Shown here one piece after another: positions 1 through 7,486 of a stretch of 42,604 bases of DNA. A program made the translations under genes and the position numbers. This DNA is from a virus (lineage: Duplodnaviria; Caudoviricetes): the IMG/VR virus record IMGVR_UViG_3300027921_000010, positions 1 to 42,604 of that record; one strand, 5' to 3'. Below the pieces are notes generated by a model, which did no database searches, was not told the DNA's origin, and saw nothing but the letters and a program-made list of their open reading frames with translations. How positions within the stretch are numbered: the stretch's first letter is position 1; each line of letters begins with the position of its first letter.

Positions 1-2
1 AC

Positions 3-56
3 CAACAGCAAGCCCCGCAAGCTGGCGCCCCGGCCGCTCCGCCCTGGGCTAAGTAA
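3..56 (+). CDS. C-terminal tail of the DUF669/SSB-like gene that begins at 42105 (wraps across the window ends)
   Basis: Frame 3 reads QQQAPQAGAPAAPPWAK* (TAA 54-56). It has the same P/A/Q-rich composition as the open-ended ORF at 42105..42604. Confidence 0.8.
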   Translation, partial: QQQAPQAGAPAAPPWAK

Positions 57-59
57 CGA

Positions 60-87
60 AATCCCCTCCCCGAGAGGGGAGGGGATT
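60..87 (+). terminator. 12-bp perfect hairpin with GAGA tetraloop (terminator-like or RBS-sequestering)
   Basis: AATCCCCTCCCC-GAGA-GGGGAGGGGATT directly after the stop at 56. No long U-tract; the 3' arm contains the GGAGG upstream of ATG 92. Confidence 0.55.
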
Positions 88-91
88 ACCT

Positions 92-325
92 ATGCAATCC
101 AGAATTGGTTCAATTATCGAGGGCCTTGCCAACATAACTATGGGCTTCGGCATAGCCCTGGCTAGCCAGATGCTTATCTTTCCGCTGTATGGGGTTCACC
201 TATCCTTACAAGACAACGCTTGGATAACGCTGTGGTTTACCTTCATATCCTTGGCACGCGGTTATGTTCTACGGCGCGTCTTCAACGCCATTACCGTCCG
301 GAGGCTCCGTGCTCATAGCAACTAA
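92..325 (+). CDS. Small conserved phage membrane protein (two hydrophobic segments)
   Basis: 77 aa, GGAGG upstream. The pattern QSR..S.IE...N...G......Q..IFP..G...S...N..I...FT..S..R.Y..RR.F is one I recognise from phage hypothetical proteins. Confidence 0.7.
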   Translation: MQSRIGSIIEGLANITMGFGIALASQMLIFPLYGVHLSLQDNAWITLWFTFISLARGYVLRRVFNAITVRRLRAHSN

Positions 326-1223
326 GACCCTTGAGGCCATCGAGAAGGCTATGTATGCCGATCAGGGGGCTTCATTCCGCGGCCACCTGGGCCGCCTTAC
401 GCCACTGGCCGCGGACGCCTACTCGACCAAAGAAGATCTGTGGCGCGATCACCTTGGCGCCTCCCTAATCGGGCGCGAATGTGGACGCGAGCTTTGGTAC
501 AGCTTTCACTGGGCAACCGAGAAGCGATTTGACGGCCGCATGCTTCGTCTCTTCAATCGTGGTCATCTTGAGGAACCCCGCTTCATAGCTCTTCTGACCA
601 TGATAGGGTGCTCAGTTTGGCAGGTCGATGAAAACGGGAAGCAGTTCCGTATCGGTGACCACAACGGACACTTCGGGGGATCGATGGATGGGGTTATTCA
701 GGGCCTCCCCGATATCCCAGATCAACCCGTCCTTGGAGAGTTCAAAACTCATAACGCCAAGTCCTTTGAAAAGCTGATCTCCGAAGGCGTCCTGAAGGCC
801 AAGTGGGAACACTTCATCCAGATGCAAGTGTATATGGGAAAGAACTCTCTGACCTGGGCGGCCTATTGCGCGACCAACAAAGACACCGACGCCATCCACA
901 TCGAGCTCGTCCAGTTCGACCAGCTCCAGTACCAGCGATACTTAGACCGTGCCGGGATGATTATCGCTGCGACCTCCCCGCCTCCACGTATCAATGAAAG
1001 CCCGGGATGGTTCAAATGCAAGTTCTGCGACCAGAAAGATGTTTGTCATAATGGGGCCACGCTAGCGCGTAATTGTCGGACGTGCCATTGGTCCCGGGTC
1101 GCTGAGAAAGGTGCCTGGGCGTGTGTCCATGAGGATACCTTGGAACCTTACGGGCCTACCAACATTTCCAAAGAGATGCAGAGAACTGGGTGCAAACGTT
1201 ACGAGCCACTGACTAACAAATGA
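309..1223 (+). CDS. Cas4-like / PD-(D/E)XK exonuclease
   Basis: HLGAS.IG..C, GS-DG and E-FK catalytic motifs, QMQVYM, and C-terminal CKFC...C and CRTC clusters. Start moved from 264 to GTG 309 (GAGG upstream). Confidence 0.85.
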   Translation: MLIATKTLEAIEKAMYADQGASFRGHLGRLTPLAADAYSTKEDLWRDHLGASLIGRECGRELWYSFHWATEKRFDGRMLRLFNRGHLEEPRFIALLTMIGCSVWQVDENGKQFRIGDHNGHFGGSMDGVIQGLPDIPDQPVLGEFKTHNAKSFEKLISEGVLKAKWEHFIQMQVYMGKNSLTWAAYCATNKDTDAIHIELVQFDQLQYQRYLDRAGMIIAATSPPPRINESPGWFKCKFCDQKDVCHNGATLARNCRTCHWSRVAEKGAWACVHEDTLEPYGPTNISKEMQRTGCKRYEPLTNK

Positions 1224-1927
1224 AAATAGCTGTCTTATTTGATGGAGCCGGTCTGGCCCGCCTAGGCCTAGAACAGGCTGGGCATACTTGTATTGGGGTG
1301 GAGCTAGACCCAATTAAGCATCACCTGTCGCTCTTTGTGGGTAGTGGTAATAGTCTACTAGCGGACGCTAAAGACTTCACCTTAGAAGGCTTCGATGCTG
1401 TTTGGGCGTCGCCGCCGTGTCAACAGCGCAGTCAAGCCAGAACGCAAGGTGCCCCAAAAAGTGCCTATGCCGAAGACCTAGTTGAGTGGAGTCTGGCTAT
1501 ATCGACCGACGTCCTGTGGGTAGAGAATGTGCTGGCGGCCCTACCCCACTTCGGCGCGTTATACAACGCAGCCCAATTCCTGGAGGTCCCTATTCAGTGT
1601 CGAAACCGCATAATGGGGGGACGCTACCGACCTCCCGGGGTGTTTAGGCCATATCAAAGGGCACCTTCTGGGGTCTGCCCCGCCATCACCGCAACGGAGT
1701 ATAGAGGCTGCGCCAGCGACCACCGAAGGGCCTCCCGCTTCTATGGTCGCAGATTAACCTTGGAGGAGTGCGCCTACCACCAAGGCTTCAGTATACCACC
1801 CGAGTGGTCTAGCGTTCCGCCTTGGTTCAACGGAACCGCCGTGGCTTGGCGGAACCAACTATATGAGGCCGTAGGAAATGGTGTTCCGGTCTATATGGCC
1901 AAAGCCTTTGGCGAGGCCTATAAATGA
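1220..1927 (+). CDS. C5-cytosine DNA methyltransferase (compact)
   Basis: Motifs in canonical order: I LFDGAG, IV SPPCQ, VI ENV, VIII QCRNR, IX RRLTLEECAYHQGF, X VGNGVP. ATGA overlaps on both sides. Confidence 0.9.
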   Translation: MKIAVLFDGAGLARLGLEQAGHTCIGVELDPIKHHLSLFVGSGNSLLADAKDFTLEGFDAVWASPPCQQRSQARTQGAPKSAYAEDLVEWSLAISTDVLWVENVLAALPHFGALYNAAQFLEVPIQCRNRIMGGRYRPPGVFRPYQRAPSGVCPAITATEYRGCASDHRRASRFYGRRLTLEECAYHQGFSIPPEWSSVPPWFNGTAVAWRNQLYEAVGNGVPVYMAKAFGEAYK

Positions 1928-3531
1928 TCCTCCGAGACTACCAGATCGCTGCGGTGCAAAGCATCTTCGAGTATTTCGCAGACGGCGGTAAAGGCAACCC
2001 TATTGTCGCACTGCCCACGGGCACAGGTAAGTCTGTGGTTATCGGGGCGTTCATCAAAGAGGCCCTCCAAACCTATCCAGGCACGCGGGTTATGAAGCTG
2101 ACCCACGTCAAGGAACTAATCGAGCAGAACTTTGAAAAACTCCTTGCCGTCTGGCCGACGGCTCCGGCCGGTATCTACTCGGCTGGCCTGGGTCGCAAGG
2201 ATACCGGACACCCAATCTTGTTTGGCGGCGTCGGTACGGTGGCCAGAGGTACCTCCAAGATGTTCGGCCGCATAGATCTACTCATTATTGATGAGTGCCA
2301 CTTGGTATCCCCCAAAGAGATGACCATGTACCAACAAGTCATCAAGGGGCTTAAAGAGGTCAACCCATATCTCAAGGTCATCGGCTTCACGGCTACGCCC
2401 TATCGCCTGGGCCATGGCATGCTAACCGATGAAGGGGGCCTCTTCACTGACCTGTGCTTCGACTTGACACGTATGGAGGCCTTCAATTGGATGCTCCAGC
2501 AAGGTTACTTGGCCCCTCTAGTACCTCGCCGGACGTCCATGGAACTAGACGTTTCAGGCGTCCGTACTCACGGTGGTGAGTACAGGCAAAATGAGCTGCA
2601 GGAAGCGGTCGACCGCGAGGAGATCACATACCGAGCCATCCAAGAGGTCTTAGCCTACGGGGGAGACCGCGAACATTGGCTTGTCTTCACCTCCGGGATT
2701 GAACACGCTATCCACGTTACCGCCATGTTAGAGGCCCTGGGCGTCGCCGCCACTTGCGTCCACTCCAAGATGTCCAACGGAGAGCGCGATGCGAACATCC
2801 TAGACTTCAAGTCGGGGAAGTATCGGGCCATGGTGAACAATGGCATATTGACCACAGGCTTCGATTTCCCGGGCATCGACTTGATTATTATGCTGCGTCC
2901 GACGCAGTCCCCGTCGCTGTGGGTCCAGATGCTGGGGCGGGGAACTCGTCCATTCCCGGGTAAGGCTAATTGTCTGGTCCTAGACTTCGCCGGTAATACC
3001 AAACGACTTGGACCAATCAACGATCCAGTGTTGCCACGGCGTAAGGGCAAGGGGCCAGCTGGCCAGGCCCCTATTAAGGTCTGCGAAGCGTGCGGTACCT
3101 ACAATCACACCAGTGCGCGCTTTTGTGCCCACTGTGGAGCCGAGTTCCCGCGCCAAGTTAAGATCCGAGATCATGCGGGTACGGACGAGCTGATCAAGAC
3201 CGAGGAAGTAAAAACCGAAATTTTCAAGGTCGACCGAGTCATCTACGCCGAGCACCGTAAAGAGGATCGCCCACCTACTATCCAGGTCAGCTACTTCTGT
3301 GGTCTTCGCATGTTCAAGGAGTGGGTGTGCCTTGAACATGGCGGCTACGCTAGCAAGAAAGCCCGGGATTGGTGGCGGGACAGAGCCTTAGACGAGCCAC
3401 CAGAAACCGTTGCCGAGGCCATGCAAAGTCTAGATATACTGCGCCCACCGAGCCACATCCGAGTATGGCTAAAGCCGAAGTACGACGAGGTTTTGGCCTA
3501 TGATTACACCAACACCGCCTTTGGAACCTAA
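1924..3531 (+). CDS. SF2 DEAH-type helicase, RadD/YejH-like, with Zn finger
   Basis: LRDYQ, Walker A PTGTGKS, DECH, TAT, TTGFD, QMLGRGTR, CEAC..CAHC. Confidence 0.93.
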   Translation: MILRDYQIAAVQSIFEYFADGGKGNPIVALPTGTGKSVVIGAFIKEALQTYPGTRVMKLTHVKELIEQNFEKLLAVWPTAPAGIYSAGLGRKDTGHPILFGGVGTVARGTSKMFGRIDLLIIDECHLVSPKEMTMYQQVIKGLKEVNPYLKVIGFTATPYRLGHGMLTDEGGLFTDLCFDLTRMEAFNWMLQQGYLAPLVPRRTSMELDVSGVRTHGGEYRQNELQEAVDREEITYRAIQEVLAYGGDREHWLVFTSGIEHAIHVTAMLEALGVAATCVHSKMSNGERDANILDFKSGKYRAMVNNGILTTGFDFPGIDLIIMLRPTQSPSLWVQMLGRGTRPFPGKANCLVLDFAGNTKRLGPINDPVLPRRKGKGPAGQAPIKVCEACGTYNHTSARFCAHCGAEFPRQVKIRDHAGTDELIKTEEVKTEIFKVDRVIYAEHRKEDRPPTIQVSYFCGLRMFKEWVCLEHGGYASKKARDWWRDRALDEPPETVAEAMQSLDILRPPSHIRVWLKPKYDEVLAYDYTNTAFGT

Positions 3532-3532
3532 C

Positions 3533-3736
3533 ATGGAACCCAACCACCTTAAATCTGAAGCGTCTGACCTCCTTCACCGTGAACTTGTCAACAATTTTAT
3601 AGTGAAGTCCTGCCTTAACTGTCTCGGCTTCGACCAGAAAGTGGAAGTCTGCCTTTTCTACGTGGGTAGTCCCCGCCCGCCCGCCCCGGTGATTGTGTTT
3701 GGTTGCTCCTCTTGGGAACTAGATATCCCGTTCTAA
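3533..3736 (+). CDS. Small Cys-rich protein ending in DIPF
   Basis: ATG 3533 follows the helicase stop at 3531. CLNC...C...C motif; C-terminus WELDIPF. Confidence 0.75.
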   Translation: MEPNHLKSEASDLLHRELVNNFIVKSCLNCLGFDQKVEVCLFYVGSPRPPAPVIVFGCSSWELDIPF

Positions 3737-3765
3737 AATATTTTTCAAAAAGATGTGATTTCGTG

Positions 3766-3794
3766 TTGACTCCCGGCTGCTTAGATTAGACAAT
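3766..3794 (+). promoter_or_regulatory. sigma70-like promoter
   Basis: TTGACT-17 nt-GACAAT with an AT-rich upstream tract, ahead of AAGGAG and ATG 3853. Confidence 0.65.
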
Positions 3795-3852
3795 TTGGTC
3801 ATGGATCGAAACAAGCAACAACCCTAAACCTCAACAGCCAAGGAGATTTAAG

Positions 3853-4284
3853 ATGACCACCACAACCACGAAGACCTACTCGACCGCTTCCAATGCTCGC
3901 CGCGCCGCGAAACAAGCGGGTCTCACTCTCGACCTGGTCGAGATCCTGAACGACGGTTTCAGCGTTGGTCGCAAGTTTTGGTTTCAAACCATTCCAGTCG
4001 AAGACGTAACGGGTGGTGAACACTTTCACAGTGTTACCGAGGAAGAGCACGCTGCTCACCGCGGAGAAGTCCCCAACAAATCCACAATCGAGCGCCCCTG
4101 CCAACGAGTCTGGATCATCGCCGACGACATGCTGGTGGCCAACCCCAGCGTCAAGCGCAAAGACGTGATGGCGGCCTGCGTCGCAGCGGGTGTCGCCTTC
4201 TATACGGCACGCACCCAGTACCAGCAGTGGATAGGCGTTCGCAAAGAGATGGCTGCCCGCGAAGCCGCGGCTAAATCCAAATAG
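3853..4284 (+). CDS. Hypothetical protein, paralogue 1 of the RVW..AD...TA.TQY..W family
   Basis: Strong RBS (AAGGAG). C-terminal domain is shared with the next two ORFs. Confidence 0.8.
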   Translation: MTTTTTKTYSTASNARRAAKQAGLTLDLVEILNDGFSVGRKFWFQTIPVEDVTGGEHFHSVTEEEHAAHRGEVPNKSTIERPCQRVWIIADDMLVANPSVKRKDVMAACVAAGVAFYTARTQYQQWIGVRKEMAAREAAAKSK

Positions 4285-4298
4285 CCGCATAACTTGCC

Positions 4299-4322
4299 GT
4301 GACCCCGAAGCCTAGGGGTCAC
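4299..4322 (+). terminator. Intergenic hairpin
   Basis: GTGACCCC-8 nt-GGGGTCAC; no U-tract. Confidence 0.4.
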
Positions 4323-4348
4323 CGTCCAAACGACTCTAGGGGAACAGA

Positions 4349-4912
4349 ATGAAATATCTTCTACTTGACGTTACAACTCCTGAAACCAGATTGTTGCTGG
4401 TTGCGAAGGATATGGCCTCAGTCGTGCTGTGTGGGCGCATGGCCAAAGCCAAAGGCCTCAAAGTCATAGCTCCTCCGCTGGAGGGCCGGGCTTTTGCCAA
4501 GTTGGAATTGCTCCCATTGCAATATCTTTACTGGAATACTTTCCGGGAAGCCCCGTCAGATAACTACGCCACACTGGTGGCCGATTGCAAAAGGATGTTT
4601 GAGGCTATCCCGGTCGATGGCACCTCACTCCGAGAATTGGAGGCGGAGGTCGCACGTCTTTGCCCCGATACCCCGGCCACAACGGCGTCCACTGCGAAGC
4701 AACCTAAGGCCGATGGGGGTAGCCCCTCGACCCCGAAGTCAGGCTCCATAACCGGCCGCGTCTGGGCGATAGCCGACACCCTGTGGCAATCTAGCGGGGT
4801 AATGCCCGACCGCAAGGCCGTCATGGCAGCTTGCGAAGCCAAAGACATCAATCCGTCCACAGCCTCCACCCAGTACGGGAAGTGGAAGGCATCAAGCTTA
4901 GTACCAAAGTGA
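4349..4912 (+). CDS. Hypothetical protein, paralogue 2
   Basis: C-terminal PKSGSITGRVWAIAD...TASTQYGKW. Confidence 0.8.
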   Translation: MKYLLLDVTTPETRLLLVAKDMASVVLCGRMAKAKGLKVIAPPLEGRAFAKLELLPLQYLYWNTFREAPSDNYATLVADCKRMFEAIPVDGTSLRELEAEVARLCPDTPATTASTAKQPKADGGSPSTPKSGSITGRVWAIADTLWQSSGVMPDRKAVMAACEAKDINPSTASTQYGKWKASSLVPK

Positions 4913-4914
4913 TC

Positions 4915-4978
4915 TTGACCCAAAGAAGTTAAGCGAGTAGTATCTCTTCATGGACGCGGTGTCCATGAAGAGATACTA
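4915..4978 (+). promoter_or_regulatory. sigma70-like promoter overlapped by an 18-bp perfect inverted repeat
   Basis: TTGACC(4915)-17 nt-TAGTAT(4938). Inverted repeat TAGTATCTCTTCATGGAC-GCGGT-GTCCATGAAGAGATACTA at 4938-4978. Confidence 0.7.
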
Positions 4979-4999
4979 ACCATCTGATAGGAGCCAATC

Positions 5000-5389
5000 A
5001 TGGCAAAGAAGAAACCCGAAGCAACTAAGAAACCCGAAGTCAACACGGTCCCCACTCCGGCCCCTACACTGACCCCCACTCCGACCCCCGAGAAGGTTGG
5101 GCAGCCGACGGCTAACGGCGTCACCCGCCCGAAGTCGGGCACGATCTGCGGTCGCATCTGGGAGATGGCAGATGCGTTGTCGGCCACTATCGGTGTGCCG
5201 GCCGACCGCGCCTCAATCCTGGAGCAGGCCAAGATTGAGGGCATCAATGATGCCACAGCTGCTACCCAGTATGGCAAGTGGTGCAAGTTCTACGGTGTCA
5301 CCAAGCCGCACGCTGAAAAAGCGGCTGCCGAGGTGGTCGAGGAAGCGGCTGCCGAGGTGGTCGAGGAAGCGGCTGCCGAGGTGGTCTAG
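5000..5389 (+). CDS. Hypothetical protein, paralogue 3 (Pro/Thr linker, acidic repeat tail)
   Basis: AGGAG RBS; PKSGTICGRIWEMAD...TAATQYGKW; AAAEVVEE repeats. Confidence 0.85.
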   Translation: MAKKKPEATKKPEVNTVPTPAPTLTPTPTPEKVGQPTANGVTRPKSGTICGRIWEMADALSATIGVPADRASILEQAKIEGINDATAATQYGKWCKFYGVTKPHAEKAAAEVVEEAAAEVVEEAAAEVV

Positions 5390-5395
5390 GAAGCG
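5321..5395 (+). repeat. 24-bp tandem repeat x3 (AAAEVVEE)
   Basis: GCGGCTGCCGAGGTGGTCGAGGAA at 5321, 5345 and 5369; the third copy has GAG changed to TAG. Confidence 0.95.
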
Positions 5396-5420
5396 TAAAT
5401 CCCTTCTGGCTGTTGGGATC

Positions 5421-5446
5421 GGGGCTCTCTAGGGAGCCCCTCTTTT
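5421..5446 (+). terminator. Rho-independent terminator
   Basis: GGGGCTCT-CTAG-GGAGCCCC followed by TCTTTT. Confidence 0.75.
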
Positions 5447-5486
5447 GCCCAATGTTCTATCTAATCACTTAGCATATTCCAATTTT

Positions 5487-5495
5487 TGATATAAT
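5487..5495 (+). promoter_or_regulatory. Extended -10 promoter of the que operon
   Basis: TGaTATAAT about 25 nt upstream of the queE start, with a CAGGAG RBS. Confidence 0.65.
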
Positions 5496-5520
5496 AGGGT
5501 TCCCCTTTCAGGAGAAAGCG

Positions 5521-6228
5521 ATGAACAACCAGTCTATCGAAAAGTATCAAAACCGGAAGCTACTGGATGTCCACAGTATCTTCTATACCATCCAAGGTGA
5601 AGGCCCATTCAGCGGCACCCCCGCGGTGTTCATTCGCCTGGCGGGCTGCAACCTCCAGTGCCCGTTCTGCGACACCGACTACTCCAGCGCCCGTTCTACG
5701 ATATCCCTGGCAGGGGTAGTCGATATAGTCAGGGGCCTTCGCCCATCGGGATTAGTCGTTATCACCGGAGGGGAACCCTTCCGCCAGAATATTAGCCCCT
5801 TATTAGACCGGCTAGTTGACTACGGCTTCTACGTCCAACTAGAAACAAACGGAAGTCTTGAACCGTGGCTAGACCATGACCGCCTTGGAATAAACCTCAG
5901 TGATCGCTTTGGGGTCTACATCGTCGTTAGCCCCAAGACCCCGAAAATTCATCCAGAAGCACACCGTGTAGCTCACGCCTACAAATACGTCTTGTCAGCC
6001 GACAGCATAGCAGACGACGGCCTCCCGACAGTAGTTCTAGGCCACGGGCGAACGCAGGTGGCCAGGCCTACCCAATATTCTGTTGGAACTACTCCAGTCT
6101 ACCTCTCTCCAATGGATTCCGGGGATCCATCAGTCAACGTAGCCAATGTCCAAGCCGCGGTAAAATCTTGCTTAGAGAACGGCTATATTTTCCAACTGCA
6201 AATTCATAAACTGATTGGGGTCGAATGA
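5521..6228 (+). CDS. queE: 7-carboxy-7-deazaguanine synthase (radical SAM)
   Basis: IFYTIQGEG, RLAGCNLQCPFCDT, TGGEP, ETNG, VSPK, QIHKLIG. Confidence 0.95.
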   Translation: MNNQSIEKYQNRKLLDVHSIFYTIQGEGPFSGTPAVFIRLAGCNLQCPFCDTDYSSARSTISLAGVVDIVRGLRPSGLVVITGGEPFRQNISPLLDRLVDYGFYVQLETNGSLEPWLDHDRLGINLSDRFGVYIVVSPKTPKIHPEAHRVAHAYKYVLSADSIADDGLPTVVLGHGRTQVARPTQYSVGTTPVYLSPMDSGDPSVNVANVQAAVKSCLENGYIFQLQIHKLIGVE

Positions 6229-7034
6229 TGCATAGAGCCCTTGTAATCCTTTCTGGTGGGCAGGATTCCACCACCGCCCTGTTCTGGGCTAAGAACGTGT
6301 TTGATGAGGTTCACGCTATCACCTTTGATTATGGACAACGCCATAGCCTGGAAATTGCGTCGGCCTTGAAGGTGGCCGAGCTGGCTGGAGTAGAAAGCCA
6401 TGAACTGATCTCCGTTCCCAAGATCTTAAAGTCTACTTCTCCCCTCACCAATCCGGACGCCCAGTTGGAACTTTATACCAACGCTAGGCAGATGGACAAG
6501 GCTATCGGGAGCCGCCGAGAAGCAACCTTTGTCCCAATGCGTAACGCCTTGTTCCTCACCATCGCAGCCAATCGAGCGGAGGTGGCTGGTATAGGGAATC
6601 TAGTCATTGGGGTCTGCCAGATGGACAACGCCAATTATGATGACTGCCGGGGAGCCTTCATCGAAGTTGCGGAAGCTTATGTCAACTTTGCTCTTGGCCA
6701 CGACCATCGTGGCACGCCGGAAATCGTCATTCACACCCCTCTGTTGTATAAGTCAAAGGCCGAGACAGTCACCCTGGCTGCGAAACTGCCAGGGTGTTGG
6801 GAGGCCTTAGCCCATACACATACCAGCTACGATGGCAAATATCCCCCGACCGATATGAACCATGCCAACGTACTGCGGGCCGATGGCTTCGAGAAGGCGG
6901 GGTTTCCAGATCCGCTGGTTGTGCGAGCCGTACACGAGGGTTTGATGCCCTGGCCCGCAACCTATAATTATGACGAGGTTAGCGGGCGCAACCGGGCTAA
7001 AGCGGAAGAGGAGGCTCAAAGTGATCACAGCTGA
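6225..7034 (+). CDS. queC: 7-cyano-7-deazaguanine (preQ0) synthase
   Basis: SGGQDS PP-loop, FDYGQRH..E, TFVPMRN, YDDCR, TPL...K. C-terminal Zn cysteines are absent. Confidence 0.93.
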   Translation: MMHRALVILSGGQDSTTALFWAKNVFDEVHAITFDYGQRHSLEIASALKVAELAGVESHELISVPKILKSTSPLTNPDAQLELYTNARQMDKAIGSRREATFVPMRNALFLTIAANRAEVAGIGNLVIGVCQMDNANYDDCRGAFIEVAEAYVNFALGHDHRGTPEIVIHTPLLYKSKAETVTLAAKLPGCWEALAHTHTSYDGKYPPTDMNHANVLRADGFEKAGFPDPLVVRAVHEGLMPWPATYNYDEVSGRNRAKAEEEAQSDHS

Positions 7035-7479
7035 ACGCCACCACGACATATCCTGCGGACACCGAGTAGTCGGCCACGAATCGAAGTGCCGCCACCTGCA
7101 CGGCCACAACTACCGCGTGCATTTTACAGTAGCCGCTGAATACCTAGATGATATCGGGCGTGTCATGGACTTCTCGGCGATCAAGGAACTCCTTTGCGTG
7201 TGGCTGGAGGACAACTGGGACCATAAGTTTCTGGCTTTTGAAGCGGACCCCGTGATGAGAGCTATCTACGCGCAGGCTAAGAGCTGTGCGCAGGCTGAGG
7301 ATGGATTGACGCTGGTGGAATCCATTGTCTTTGTGCCTTTCAACCCAACAGCCGAGAATATGGCTCAGTACCTTGTTGAGGTTATAGGTCCCCAGCAACT
7401 TTGGGCTACCGACGTCACTCTGATCAAGGTAGTCATCGAAGAAACCCGCAAGTGTTCTTGCACTTTTGAGAAGGACTAA
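7021..7479 (+). CDS. queD: 6-carboxy-5,6,7,8-tetrahydropterin synthase
   Basis: H...C..LHGHNY, DF..IK, WDH, NPTAENMA, EET. Start moved to GTG 7021 (GAGGAGG upstream). Confidence 0.95.
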   Translation: MITAERHHDISCGHRVVGHESKCRHLHGHNYRVHFTVAAEYLDDIGRVMDFSAIKELLCVWLEDNWDHKFLAFEADPVMRAIYAQAKSCAQAEDGLTLVESIVFVPFNPTAENMAQYLVEVIGPQQLWATDVTLIKVVIEETRKCSCTFEKD

Positions 7480-7486
7480 TCTTACC

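Noticed and set aside
309-1223. Cas4-like gene read as part of a CRISPR-Cas system
   Set aside because: It is a stand-alone nuclease in a Sak4/SSB/helicase recombination module, which is common in phages; no array was seen.
5387-5398. Amber stop-codon reassignment
   Set aside because: Long genes are uninterrupted under the standard code, TAG ends other genes normally (e.g. 4284), and no suppressor tRNA was seen.
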